41,453 nt of DNA from Deltaproteobacteria bacterium TL4. Its GTDB lineage: Bacteria > SAR324 > NAC60-12. Positions 10,201-20,100 of this stretch are shown one piece after another; position 1 is the first letter of the stretch; each line of letters begins with the position of its first letter. The translations under genes and the position numbers were made by a program. The notes beneath the pieces were generated by a model. The model saw nothing but the letters and a program-made list of their open reading frames with translations. It searched no databases and was not told where the DNA came from. The stretch covers positions 1-41,453 of the forward strand of contig JBBCAX010000289.1 of NCBI GenBank assembly GCA_051382335.1. The letters are read 5' to 3'.

Positions 10201-11501
10201 CTCACGCCAGCCCGCCGTATAGGACGATCATGAGGCCAGGATCTCGTTTCCACAGGGATTTGCTGTGGGGTAATAACCCGATTGGGTGACGTCGTAGGCG
10301 TTTGTACATTGATGGTTGGAGGAATGATCCCATGTTGCATGCTTTGTATCGCTTTGAGCATTCCCGGCATTCCTGCCGCCGTCAGTAAATGTCCTAAATT
10401 GGACTTAACGGAGCCAATCAAAGGAGAGGCTTGATGCTTTCCAAAAAATTTATCGATAGAACCCAGTTCCACTTTGTCACCTAAAGGGGTTCCTGTCGCA
10501 TGGCACTCCAGATAATCCACGGTGCTCGGCTCAACCCCCGCATCCGCATAGGCTTTTTCAAAAGCAATGGCCTGCCCTTTGGGATTGGGACTTAGCACAA
10601 ATTGACCTTTACCATCATTGGACAAACCACCACCGATAATGGTCGCATAAATCCTGTCTTGATCCCTTAGCGCGTCCTTATAACGCTTAAGAACAAACAT
10701 CCCCGCGCCTTCACCCGCAAATAAGCCTTTGGACCGGGTATCCAACGGGAGACTTTCCGCCGTTTCAGGATAGGCCTGGAAAATGGAAAAGCCCATATTC
10801 ACAAAAAAGGGATCCGCCGCACTGACCGCACCCGCTAACATCATATCCATTTTGTAAGAGGACAAATAATCGCAGGCGAGTTTTACAGAATACAATGAGG
10901 ACGCACAAGCCGCATCTAGGGAAAAATGCACGCCTTTCAAGGATAAGGCCTTCGCGATTACCGCGGAAGGATAACCGGAAATCATGGCGTTTTCCAATGC
11001 GCTTGGCTTTAGAGGACTATAAGGAGGAAGTTTCAGATTTGGATTATTGAGCAATTTCTGTAACATCAACTCAATCGTTTGATGATATAACGGAATAAAA
11101 AGCTGATTGGACGATTTGGTTGGAAAGGACAGGTTTCCCAGAATCACACCGCAATGCTTCAATAGCTCTGATTTTCCCAGATACCCACTATCCTTCAGGG
11201 CTTCCTTGGCGACATAAAGGGACCATTGAAACACCTCATCCAGAGCTTCGATGGTTTCCGGCGCAATTTCAAAACCGGTAGGGTCCATCTGAAAGTCATT
11301 GATGTATCCGCCTTTCAGACAGTAATATTTGTCAAGAATCCCTTTACGCTGGTCATAAAACCGACGGGCATCCACCCCCATCTGTTTCGCTGTCGCTTCA
11401 GTCCTTGAGTCCTTTTTTTCCAGCAGATTATTCCAAAATTCAGCAGCGTTCTGAGCACCAGGGAAAAGAGAGGAGACGCCTATAACCGCGATTTTTTCCA
11501 T
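4230..11501 (-). CDS. pfaC: PUFA synthase PfaC-type subunit: KS-CLF-AT-DH'-DH-DH'-DH
   Basis: KS motifs DAACASS, ECHATGT and NLGHLL. Second KS-like domain lacks Cys (ISAEENS), consistent with a chain-length factor. AT motifs AFVYPG and GYSMGE. FabA-type DH motifs WYFPCHFKDDQVMAGSL and WFFPFHFHQDPVMPGSLG. Start set at ATG 11501 (GAAGGA RBS) rather than 11546. Confidence 0.92.
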   Translation of the reverse strand: MEKIAVIGVSSLFPGAQNAAEFWNNLLEKKDSRTEATAKQMGVDARRFYDQRKGILDKYYCLKGGYINDFQMDPTGFEIAPETIEALDEVFQWSLYVAKEALKDSGYLGKSELLKHCGVILGNLSFPTKSSNQLFIPLYHQTIELMLQKLLNNPNLKLPPYSPLKPSALENAMISGYPSAVIAKALSLKGVHFSLDAACASSLYSVKLACDYLSSYKMDMMLAGAVSAADPFFVNMGFSIFQAYPETAESLPLDTRSKGLFAGEGAGMFVLKRYKDALRDQDRIYATIIGGGLSNDGKGQFVLSPNPKGQAIAFEKAYADAGVEPSTVDYLECHATGTPLGDKVELGSIDKFFGKHQASPLIGSVKSNLGHLLTAAGMPGMLKAIQSMQHGIIPPTINVQTPTTSPNRVITPQQIPVETRSWPHDRPIRRAGVSAFGFGGCNAHLVFEKDTADLQKNSQEVLQKPKNKTFTPMAIVGMESHFGSCEGVKQLHHTIYDGSQHFVPLPAQRWKGIDGVQDILRAHGFEEGKAPQGAYIEAFEIDFLRYKIPPNENDQLISQQLLMLKVADQALQDSPVAEGGNVAVLIAMGTELALHQYRGRANMSSQFEEMFQNTRQTWTEDEEDFLLRLSRDSIHNPAQLNQYTSFIGNIMASRISSIWDFTGPAFTISAEENSVFKALDVAQMLLDSRDVDAVVVGAVDLAGGLEHVLFRNQLSKANTGVNTLGFDRQANGWLVGEGAGAIVLKRQDDAMQAGERIYASLNALGFSHGLNAESFAKACRSALDSAGIQPSEVEYVEAFGSGMAPEDEAEIQGLTQVYQKSESLPSCALGSIKANIGHTFTASGIASIIKTALCLYHRFIPETPQWHTPKVSQQWENSAFYVPTESKTWFSEPDQTRRIAAVNSLGQDGVCCHLILSKEISAETPANYYLSERPVTLIPLVGSNLSELQKGLNSVEHELQIGNSLPQLAEQAYQKTRQQPEATLTLALVAQSPEEFQQEVKAARQGIHEAYQTGEDWTSLRGSYFTPKPLGKEGKIAFVYPGGFTSYVGVGRDLFQLFPELHGFAETHTSRLKQMVGDTHLYPRSMSRLSESEVNALNSKLISDHAIMMFESGISFSVLYTDIIRKIFGIEPQLTLGYSMGEVTMMYALNAWSKTDEMSEILHTSPVFRTRLAGPMETVREAWNIPADQDPENTFWRCYTLIKPASEISPLVAKEERVFLIFINTPEEVVIAGDQAACLRVIAAADCDHFPVPMGDVMHCELVKPDYEALKNLHLNPVNPPQNIDFYSAVGYAPITIDRENIAHNIAQLYCGPVDFNRLVQQAYEDGARTFIELGPRGSCTSWIGRILKDQEHIAVGIDRKGAGEAISILRALAKLYSHQIPMDLSPLFQQTPPKESQGRSLVKTVQLGGKRLEEILLAEDNIKYFTSLQHSASSNVAFSTERPVTPMFHKPAKSHEKSQLETKVKREPVPKLVERPQTQKPIFSESPLLMEKALKVTSAQQTATPGSLYPFKNIHFQQLSDNLAQVSNAHSAFLQGRQEMSQQVAELIKLQTQLLAQSVGAPTFSLNLAALAPKTTLLESPPMVSFQAPSRPEAERKTTVSLKGPSAVVIEPSTVAAKRPAPHPVTKPKEVIWDEADLVSFAEGNIADVFGKEYAVIDSYRRRVRLPTTDYLLVSRVTKLNAKTNVFEPCSITTEYDIPHHAWYSIDGQIPWAVAVESGQCDLLLISYLGIDFQCKGERVYRLLDCTLTFLDHLPKEGQTLRYDIKINAFAKSGDDLLFFFSYECFVGDKMVLKMDGGCAGFFTDKALAEGKGIIETESEKAEKRKIPKQHFTPLLQCQKTSFEKEDLLHFIQGKPSACFGPSYDQRGCNSSLRFAAEKMLMIERIVSIDTQGGAWGLGMVIAEKRLEPEHWYFPCHFKDDQVMAGSLMAEGCCQLLQFFALYLGLQTQTENACFQPMLNLPQKVRCRGQVLPQSNALIYRMEVTEIGLDPVPYAKANVDIILNEIIVVDFKGVGVQMVEMRPGTKTQRPEKNLQVPEKEPLFSKYHLEQFATGSIAACFGPEFAVYDERQPPRTPNGDLQLTDRVWEVKGQRHEFKKPASVVAEYEVPADVWFFKENSHPSLMPYSLLMEIALQPCGFISAYVGTTLIYPDTDFYFRNLDGQGHLLKEMDLRGKTITIFAQLNSTVASGSTIIQSFEFHLSHQGERFYEGTAVFGYFIKEMLVNQLGLDGGKCLPPWHIAEQIPEPSIITLDLKNKPDAIQKRYFEGTPDKPYYHLARPQLNFLDEVKIVENGGKKQKGYIFASKTVDVHDWFFPFHFHQDPVMPGSLGVEGIMQAMQVFALHQDLGARFRSPKFHQNLGTIKWKYRGQIIPANKVMTLDVSITQIEETPEKVSLTANANLYKDGLRIYEITDLVVCLVEA

Positions 11502-11561
11502 GCTATATCCTTCAAGTATCTCGTCTGGGAAAAGCGTCCCAAACAAATTCTTCGATTTGAG

Positions 11562-14093
11562 TTATGAGTACAAAGGTTCCAGGTTTACCGGCACACGATG
11601 ACTTAACAATTTTGCCAGTGTCCTGACCAGGGTGCTTTGATCTTTCTGTCCTTTGACATTCATCGGAATGGCAATGTGTTCTTTGTCTTTGAGCACTTCG
11701 TCAATCCAATTACAACAATTTTGACCCGCTCCCATTTCAATGAATATTCGATGTTCATCGTGATAAAGATGGTGGATTAAACGGGGAAAATCCACTGGAT
11801 CACAAAAGGCTTTGGCAATGCTATGCGCAATCGCATGACTGCTAAAGGGAATCGGCTGGTAACAGGAAGAGGAATAAAATTTAATATCCGGTTTGGGAAA
11901 GACCGGAAGTGAATAGAGATCCACCAATCGCTGGTATTCTAGATGAGTGGGGCCGCAGTGAATCGCGAGAGGCAAACGCAAAGGAAAATGCTTGCATTGC
12001 AGTCTTTCAATCACCGTGAGACATTGCTGGGGATCACCGGCGATCACCACTTCATTCGGCGTGTTAATCAGCGTCATATAGACCCGAGCTTCCCCCTTGA
12101 TGGAGTCCAAAACGTGCTGGGGTGAAGTCTGCACCGTGAAACACTCCCAAAGTTTAGGGGCAGGGACCTGAGGACCGTTAAGATTCCAATGTTCCCGCAC
12201 CGCCTCTAAAGAACCACTCAGACGATCCGTAAACGTCGGAGAAACTTTGAGCTTATGGCTCAATTGCCCTGGATTCACCCATGCGCCCAAAGAGGTCAAC
12301 ATACCGGCTTCGCCCATACTGTAGCCAAACGCGGAATGGGGTTTAAGGCCAAAACACTCCCTCAGCATCAAGGTGTATAACACCGAAAAACCGATCCCAC
12401 ATTCACTGATGGAAGCAATATTACGGCGAAGTTGATGTCCCAAGGCTTTAACCTCCTCTTCGGTAAGAGGCCTTCGTGTGCGGGGATATAAAATCTGTTC
12501 TTTAAGCAATCCACCAACGTCAGGGGTCAATTTTGAAAAAGCATCATAAATCGGAGGACACATGTGAAACAAATCCTGTCCCAATCCGATATACGCGCTT
12601 CCCACACCAGGATAGACAAAGGCGATCTTCCCTTTTGCGGAGAGTGGATTTGCCGTAAAATAACTGCCTCGTGGAGTTTTCCATTCGGCTTTTTTTTCAA
12701 ACGCCAGATCGATCCCTTTGAGCATGAACTGGATTTCTTTCAATAGTTCCTGCTGTGTTTCTCCGACCAAGGCCAAGGTATAAGGCGCTTTTGCGTGTTT
12801 CTGGTACTTTGAAAAAGCTTCCTGGATTACAAGTTTCAGTGAAGAACGACTCTCCAGACGTTGCTTGAGTTGAGTCAGTTGGGCGCTGATTTGTGCTGAA
12901 TCATCTCCAGCAATAGGAAGGCAGGAAAAAGCCATTTCCGCAAGGTAATGATTCATGGAACTTGTCCTCTGAGAATCTTCAGAAACGACAACATGTCCCA
13001 CAACACCGCTCGCTTTGATCGTATTCAACGCGGCAATTCGCCTGGGTGTTTGCGCGTTCACATACCAAGTTCTGGACTCCGCAGGAACATAAAACGGAGT
13101 CGCTTTCCAAATTTCAGGATCTCTGGGTCCTGCCCACTGTGGAACACCAGGCAGGAAACGGTGATACAAACAAAGGGACACTTTTATCAGACTGGCCATT
13201 TCCGCAGTGTTTAGGGTATGTCCTATATTGGCCTTGACGCTTCCAAGCGCACAGGTCATTTTTTCTGAGGCATCTCCATAAACTTCCGAGAGCCCCAGAA
13301 TTTCAGTCTGGTCTTCTTCCTTGATGCCATGACTCGAGACCTCGATGTAACCAATATCTGAGGGCACAATATTCAAAGATTCATAGGCTTGCCGACACGT
13401 CGATGCCACTTTCTCAATATTCAAAAACGACTTTGGCGTGTTTTGATACCCCTCAACATGAACCGCTTCAATCACACAATAGATGCGGTGTTTCTGTTGT
13501 GCTTGATCCTGCAGTTTAACAACGACAGCCCCGGCACCTTCACCAATACACATTTCCTGCATTTCCAAATCCAGGCCCATTTTATGTTTTCTGGGAGCGG
13601 AAGCATCCGTGTTTCGTTGGTAATAAGGCGGTTGAGGCGCCTCAACAAGATACACCGCACCGATCACAACCGCTTCGACATCGCTCTTGGCCAGTAACCG
13701 TTCCGCATGCTGCAAGGCCGTGAATGTCGAAACTTCCTTCGAAAAGACCTTGGGGGTTAAAGGCAGTGCCGACAGATCTATATTGGACACTGTCAACAAT
13801 GCCATATTTTCCCAACGGGGATTTTTAAGGTTCGCGTCTTTGAGCGCCGCATTAATGGTTTGACTGAACAACTCCACCCCCTCAATCCTTTCCTTTAAGG
13901 ACAAAGAAAGATAGGAACCCTGAGCCTCAGAATCATCAACAGGTTCGGTGGTATGAAGCCTGAATGAAGGGAACGGAATAAAATGCTGGAGACTGTCGTA
14001 GATACCACACTCAAAGGCCTGAAGCCCTTCGTAAGATCCGAAGACGGCTTCCATGCCTATGATTGCCATCGATTTTTTCATGTTTTTCTGCAA
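11562..14093 (-). CDS. pfaB: PfaB-family protein: degenerate KS/CLF-like domain plus acyltransferase
   Basis: KS-fold remnants (GEGAGAVV, GSVKANIGHT) without a DxAC motif. AT motifs KIAFVYPGVGSAY and GYSMGE. Located between pfaA and pfaC. Alternative start ATG 14081. Confidence 0.85.
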   Translation of the reverse strand: MQKNMKKSMAIIGMEAVFGSYEGLQAFECGIYDSLQHFIPFPSFRLHTTEPVDDSEAQGSYLSLSLKERIEGVELFSQTINAALKDANLKNPRWENMALLTVSNIDLSALPLTPKVFSKEVSTFTALQHAERLLAKSDVEAVVIGAVYLVEAPQPPYYQRNTDASAPRKHKMGLDLEMQEMCIGEGAGAVVVKLQDQAQQKHRIYCVIEAVHVEGYQNTPKSFLNIEKVASTCRQAYESLNIVPSDIGYIEVSSHGIKEEDQTEILGLSEVYGDASEKMTCALGSVKANIGHTLNTAEMASLIKVSLCLYHRFLPGVPQWAGPRDPEIWKATPFYVPAESRTWYVNAQTPRRIAALNTIKASGVVGHVVVSEDSQRTSSMNHYLAEMAFSCLPIAGDDSAQISAQLTQLKQRLESRSSLKLVIQEAFSKYQKHAKAPYTLALVGETQQELLKEIQFMLKGIDLAFEKKAEWKTPRGSYFTANPLSAKGKIAFVYPGVGSAYIGLGQDLFHMCPPIYDAFSKLTPDVGGLLKEQILYPRTRRPLTEEEVKALGHQLRRNIASISECGIGFSVLYTLMLRECFGLKPHSAFGYSMGEAGMLTSLGAWVNPGQLSHKLKVSPTFTDRLSGSLEAVREHWNLNGPQVPAPKLWECFTVQTSPQHVLDSIKGEARVYMTLINTPNEVVIAGDPQQCLTVIERLQCKHFPLRLPLAIHCGPTHLEYQRLVDLYSLPVFPKPDIKFYSSSCYQPIPFSSHAIAHSIAKAFCDPVDFPRLIHHLYHDEHRIFIEMGAGQNCCNWIDEVLKDKEHIAIPMNVKGQKDQSTLVRTLAKLLSHRVPVNLEPLYS

Positions 14094-14112
14094 GTGATGC
14101 TGAAGTCAATGT

Positions 14113-17100
14113 TTATGCGGCAACAAACAGTGCGTTAAGTTGCTTGCTGACAGTCACTTCCGCGTTTAAGACTTGTGAATACATGAGCCCATTTTCATCA
14201 TGCACAATGATATCCGCAACCATAATCGTCGAGGAGCTGCGTTTAATATCCAAAGAAACATAAATCGTCTGTCCAGGCGTGATCGGACGATATTGTTCTC
14301 CTTTTTTTGCCCGGGAGGGAAGGCTGCCGGCTTGATGATATTGGCGAACCCAAATCAACATCCCCTGGAATTGAACATCGGAAGCATAGGGATGAAACGT
14401 TTGAACAGGAAACTGCCCCTGATCCTGTTCACTGATATCCAGTGCGATACATTCCATGGTCAGCTTTTCAGGACTGATGTTCAAAATACGCTTAATGGCT
14501 TTAAACCGGGGACCATGAAACAATGTTCCATTCTCATAAAAAACTGAACCTGCTACAGGCTCTTTTTCTGTTTTATCAAAATTTTGATAAACGGGCGCGG
14601 GAGGCAGCTTTTTTAAAAGCTTAATCCGGGCGCTATAGTTGTAAGCCTGTTTGTTCTGTTGCTGATGCCAAATATAGATTTCAAACTCGATCTCTGCTTC
14701 CGATTTGTTGAGCTCTCTGAGATCCATGGTGTACTCACTGGCCAAGGTCTGATCAAAGACGATTCCTTTCAACATTTTGTAATCAGCACAACTGAAGTAG
14801 GTGTACCCGGGATAGAGCTGTTCGCAGGTATTAGCCATCCATGCCGTCACACATACCGTTGGCAGGACTTCATTTCCTCCAATTAAATGATCCTTAAGGA
14901 AAGGATTGGCATCGATGGTTAACTTACGCGTCAGACGATTTTTTTTTAACTTGGGATCGGGCTTGTCCGGATCGGGCAACATGGTACTTCCCACCAAAAG
15001 CTGAGGATGCTCATTGTTTGCGGAAGAGGTCTCCTGAACAAACAACTCGGCTCCCGCGTCCAAAGGAATCACAGAGACATTGCGCTGTTCAAACATCCGC
15101 TTTAATTCGGGAGTCACCATACCGCCATCCCAAGGGCCCCAGTTAAAAGAAATGACATGGCACTGAGGATGCGTCTGCTTGTAGAGCAACGCGGTTTTGT
15201 TGAGAATATCGTTAGCCAAGGCATAATCGGACTGTGCCGCATTACCAAAGAATCCTGAGGCTGAGGAAAAGAAAATCAATTGCTTCAGTTTTTTGCTATT
15301 CACGGCATTCAGCAAGGATTCCAACCCTTTAATCTTGGTTGAATAAACACTGTTGTAATCTTGCAGTGTTTTCTTTTCAATCACCTTATCCGCCAAAACG
15401 CCAGCGCCATGAATGATGCCGGTTATTTCGCCAAGGGTTTCCGCCAAAGGCAGTAACGCTTTCTGCAAAGCCTCGCCATCCGTTACATCCACACCCAGAT
15501 ACTCAACCGTTCCTCCAACTTGCCGGATTGCGTTCAAGGTCGCACGAATCATACGATTGGAGTGAATTGGAGCCAAAAATTCTTTGATCTTCACAGGAGT
15601 CGGTTTATCCTCTTGAGCTTTCAATTCAGCCATCGCCTGTTTTTGTAAACTGGCGTCATCCGTGCAATTCAGTGCCCAGGCAGGGTCTTGTTCCGAATAT
15701 TGGGAACGTCCCAGAAGAATGAATTTACAGTGGTGCTTTTCCGCCAGTTTGATCACGCAATTGGCGGTTACGCCCTTTGCGCCGCCACTGACCAGAAACA
15801 CAGAACTGGAATCAATGTGATCTCCAGGCTGAACCACTGCACGGTCATCCACGCTTTCCGTAATCAATGTTGACCGGCCTTGTAAGCCATAGCCGACTTC
15901 TACAAGGCGGGTATCCACATCGGTCATCTCAGCAAGAATACAACTCACCATTTTTTTAGTACTCAACTCGGAACTCAAGTCAAGGGCACGGCAAAAGACA
16001 GAGTGCCATTCAAGATTTATGGTTTTTGTCAATCCGAACAACCCGCCATCCACCACACTGTACTCTCCATTCCCATAGCCTAACGCACCATCCAGTTGGG
16101 CAACCGTCATAAACATACGGCGTCCTTCAGGTGAGGTCTTGGTTAAGGAAGGTTGTAAATGTTTTGCCATCAAAAATACATGTTGCAAAACCTGTGATGA
16201 TTTTTCGTCAAACAGCAGTTTTCCTTTATAACTGGATTTTGCTGTGGGTTGTAAATGAATCAAGGTGCCAATTTCACCGTGAGCCGCGATGAGGGTCTTC
16301 AGGGTTTCCCGCAAATGCTCTTCGCTCAAGTCTTCCAAGACCACTCTTGGGATCTCTTTCAATAACTTCAGTTGCTTTGGAACCACAGCTTGAGGATAGC
16401 TCAAAACCACAACTTTTCTTGTTTTCTCATAAATTGCTTTTGCCAATTCTGTAGTGGTGGATGTCCCATCATCTGTAATGAGACAAACGCTGCCCTCAGG
16501 CCAGGTTACCTGGAGTTCGTCGGGTGCCGGTATGAATTTGAGCCTGGCAATACTGCGGGGGGCTCCTCCTGTCAAACTCACTGTTTTTTCAGAAACCAGG
16601 GGCAACGCAACTTCAACAGACGCTGCTCCGGTAGAGGCTCCCAGGTACTCAATGATCTGTCCCAAAGTTCGCAATTCCGCTAATTCTTCAGGTTTGATTT
16701 CAGGAAGCTTAGGAAATTGATCTTGTACAGTTCCCAGAATTTCAACTCGTTTGATCGAGTCAATCCCCAGGTCAGCTTCCAGATCCATCCCCAGTTCCAA
16801 CATTTCCACCGGGTAACCTGTTTTATCTGAAACCACACTCAACATCACCTTCGTTATGGATTGAATATTAACGTGACTTGCAGGCGCTACCACTTCAACA
16901 GAGGCGACCGGTATCAACGTTGCGGAAGGCGCGGAAGGCACCGCTTGAATATCCCGGGTCATACGATCCACAATTTGCCCCAGCGTTCGTAACTCTGTCA
17001 AATCTTCGGGGTTGATCTCAGGAAGTTTTGGAAACTGATCTTGTACGGTTCCCAGAATTTCCACACGCTTGATCGAATCAATACCCAAATCCGCTTCCAT

Positions 17101-20100
17101 ATCCATCCCCAACTCCAACATCTCTGTCGGATATCCGGTTTTCTCTGAAACAACGGTCAGCATCGCCTTGGTTAAAACCTGAACACTAAGTCCACTCGCA
17201 GCAGGTACAGCTACTGGAGCAGACGTCGCAGGTGTCACAGCCGGAAGACTCCGGGTCATACGATCGACAATTTGACCTAAAGTTCGCAACTCCGCCAAAT
17301 CTTCGGGGTTGATCTCAGGGAGTTCTGGAAATTGGTCCTGTACGGTTCCCAGGATTTCCACACGCTTGATGGAATCAATCCCCAAATCCGCTTCCATATC
17401 CATCCCCAACTCCAACATTTCCGTGGGGTATCCGGTTTTTTCGGAAACAACGGTTAACATCGCTTGGGTTAATGTTTCAACAGAAGGACCAGAAACAACC
17501 GCAACCGGAGCCGCTACAGGTTTCGCGGAAGTTGATGTTGAAGGAGCAGAAACAGGACTTTGCAGAAAGGAAGTCATACGATCCACAATTTGACCTAACG
17601 TCCGTAACTCGGCCAAGTCTTCAGGGTTGATCTCAGGAAGTTCAGAAAATTGATCCTGTACGGTTCCCAGAATTTCTACCCGTTTGATCGAATCAATCCC
17701 CAAATCCGCTTCCATATCCATGTTGAGTTCCAACATTTCTGTAGGATAGCCTGTCTTCTCGCTGACCACACTCAACATCGCTTGCGTGAGTCTCTCAAAA
17801 GAAACAGAAGGCGCAACGGCAACGGGTACTGTTGGTTTGACCAAGGGTGCTGGCACTATTTTGTGAGGCGTAGCTTTGGGTTTCGGAGTTTCCGCTTTGG
17901 GAACTTCAACTTTGGCTTTTGTCTCTACTCGTGGTTCAGGTGAAGGTATAGGTGCGGCCTGTTGTGTGATCTGAGGCACCTGAGGTTGTGGAGTCTGAAT
18001 CACTTTGGGCGCTTGAGCCTGAGGAGTCACACCCACTGTAGTGGAAAACTGAGAGTATTGCCTCGTCACAAATTCTAAAACGGTTTTAGAATGCTCTGAT
18101 TGGTTTCTGAGATATTGTTCATGCATCTTCAGGGTATCTCCCTGATGCTGATGATACATCGTCATACTACGATCAATGCTCTCCGGAAACTCAAGGTTGG
18201 GATGAGTATTCAACAGTGATATTTGTTGTTGCATTAACTGAGAAAAGGTTTTCGAATATTCTTTAGGTACGTCAAGATATTGTTGATGAACCTTCAGTGT
18301 CTCTTCCTGCAGTTTGTAAAACTGTGTGATACTCTGATCAATACTTTCAATGAGCTGTTGATTCGCACCTTGATAAACAGGATCAGAAACTTGGGTTGGT
18401 ACGCTTGGAGTTCCGGTTGTTTTTTTCATATTTTCCAAAGGTTGTAGGGACGACGATTCAGGCTTTAAGGTTTTTTCCGGTGGTGTTGCTTGAAGCGCAA
18501 CAGGTTTCGGCGCTGCAACCGCAGTCTGTTTTATGACGGACGGTCCTGAGGGTTGAACTGTTTGGACAGCAGCCATTGGCGCTTCAATTTTCGCAGACTG
18601 AGGCAACGTCAAGGGATCTCCCGCCGTAAGTGAGTCGTTAAACGCTTTTTTCGTTTGAGGACTGACATAGTTCGCGCCATTAAGTTTCACATTCACAGAA
18701 CTGGGCTTGGAGATCAACACAGGTATTTCCGCATCATAAGGATCAATATCTCCCAAAGGCACCCCAAGCACTTTTAGCTGAGCAACCGCTTGCCGCAATT
18801 GAAGATCACTATCTTTCTTGGCATTACTATTCAATGCAATCGCCACATGAGGTTGATCCTCCAAAATGCTGTCAACCAGCTTGGTTAAAATATTTTTGGG
18901 TCCAAACTCAATAAATATCTGCGCCCCAGCCTCGAACATCCGCTCAATTTCTTCATCGAATTTGACGGATTCAAGGATGTGACTTTGAAGGCGTTTTTGA
19001 ATTTCTCGGGGATCTTCAGGATAAGGTTTTGCCAGACTGTTAGAGTAAACAGGAATCTTGGGGCTTTGAAATTTGGCTTTTTGTATGGCTTGGGCAAAGG
19101 GTTTTTGCGCGTGCCCGACCAGCGGTGTATGAAAGGCTGCGGAGACCGGTAAGGCGACCACATTATAGTTTTTCTGCAAGGCCTGATGAACCGCGGCAAT
19201 ATCCGCCTTTGACCCTGCGACCACCACTTGTTTTTTAGAGTTGAAATTGGCGATCACAACCTGGGGATACGGTTCAAGGTCTTTGGCCAGATTCTCAACT
19301 TTTCCCACAACCGCTAACATCGTGCCGGCTTCAAAGTCAGGCTCATCAGGCGCGGCCATGGCTTTACCCCGTGCTTTTGCCAAAATTTGATAATCTTCAT
19401 CACTTAAAACACCTCCGGCCCATAACGCGGTCAACTCTCCAAAACTGTGTCCCGCGGCAAAATCAGGTTGAAATCCGGCAACTTTTAACGCATTCAGGAG
19501 TCCCATGCTCATCATTCCAATGGCAGGCTGGGCATACTCTGTCTGTTGGAGATCCTCCTGTTGCGCGTTTTTCGCTTCCTGGTTAAAAACGGGAACAGGA
19601 TAAACTTTGCTTGAAAGCGCCGACCTGCCATCCTTGGTAAAAAGCTGATCGATTTTCGAAAAAACATCTCTCATGACAGGAAAGTTTAAGGCGAGTTCTT
19701 TGCCCATTTCAACATACTGCGATCCCTGGCCGGAAAACAGGGCCGCTATTTTTCCCTGAGTTTCCATGCCCTGCCTGCGGTAATAAATACCTTGTGGCAG
19801 ATCCCAAGACTCCGCGTCTTTTTGACTGTAGAGTTTTTTAATGCCCGCCTGAAGCAATTCAACCGCGTTTTCAAGAGAACCCGCAACCCATCCAATTCGT
19901 GCCTCAGTTTGAGGAATTTGGGCGGTTTTCGCAGCGTGTGCGTATTCTTGATAGTGAATCGTGCCTTCATCGGATTCCAGCCGTTTCAGAACGTCTTCAC
20001 ACCGGGTGATCAATTTTTCTGGAGCTGTCGCTGAAAAAATAAAAGTTTGAGGCACTGTATGCATGCGATACTTTTCAGTCGATGCTTTCTCATATTCTTC

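Noticed and set aside
16640..17800. ACP repeats as a CRISPR array or DGR template/variable pair
   Set aside because: They are in-frame coding repeats typical of PfaA, with no repeat-spacer structure, no evident adenine-specific variation and no intact RT.
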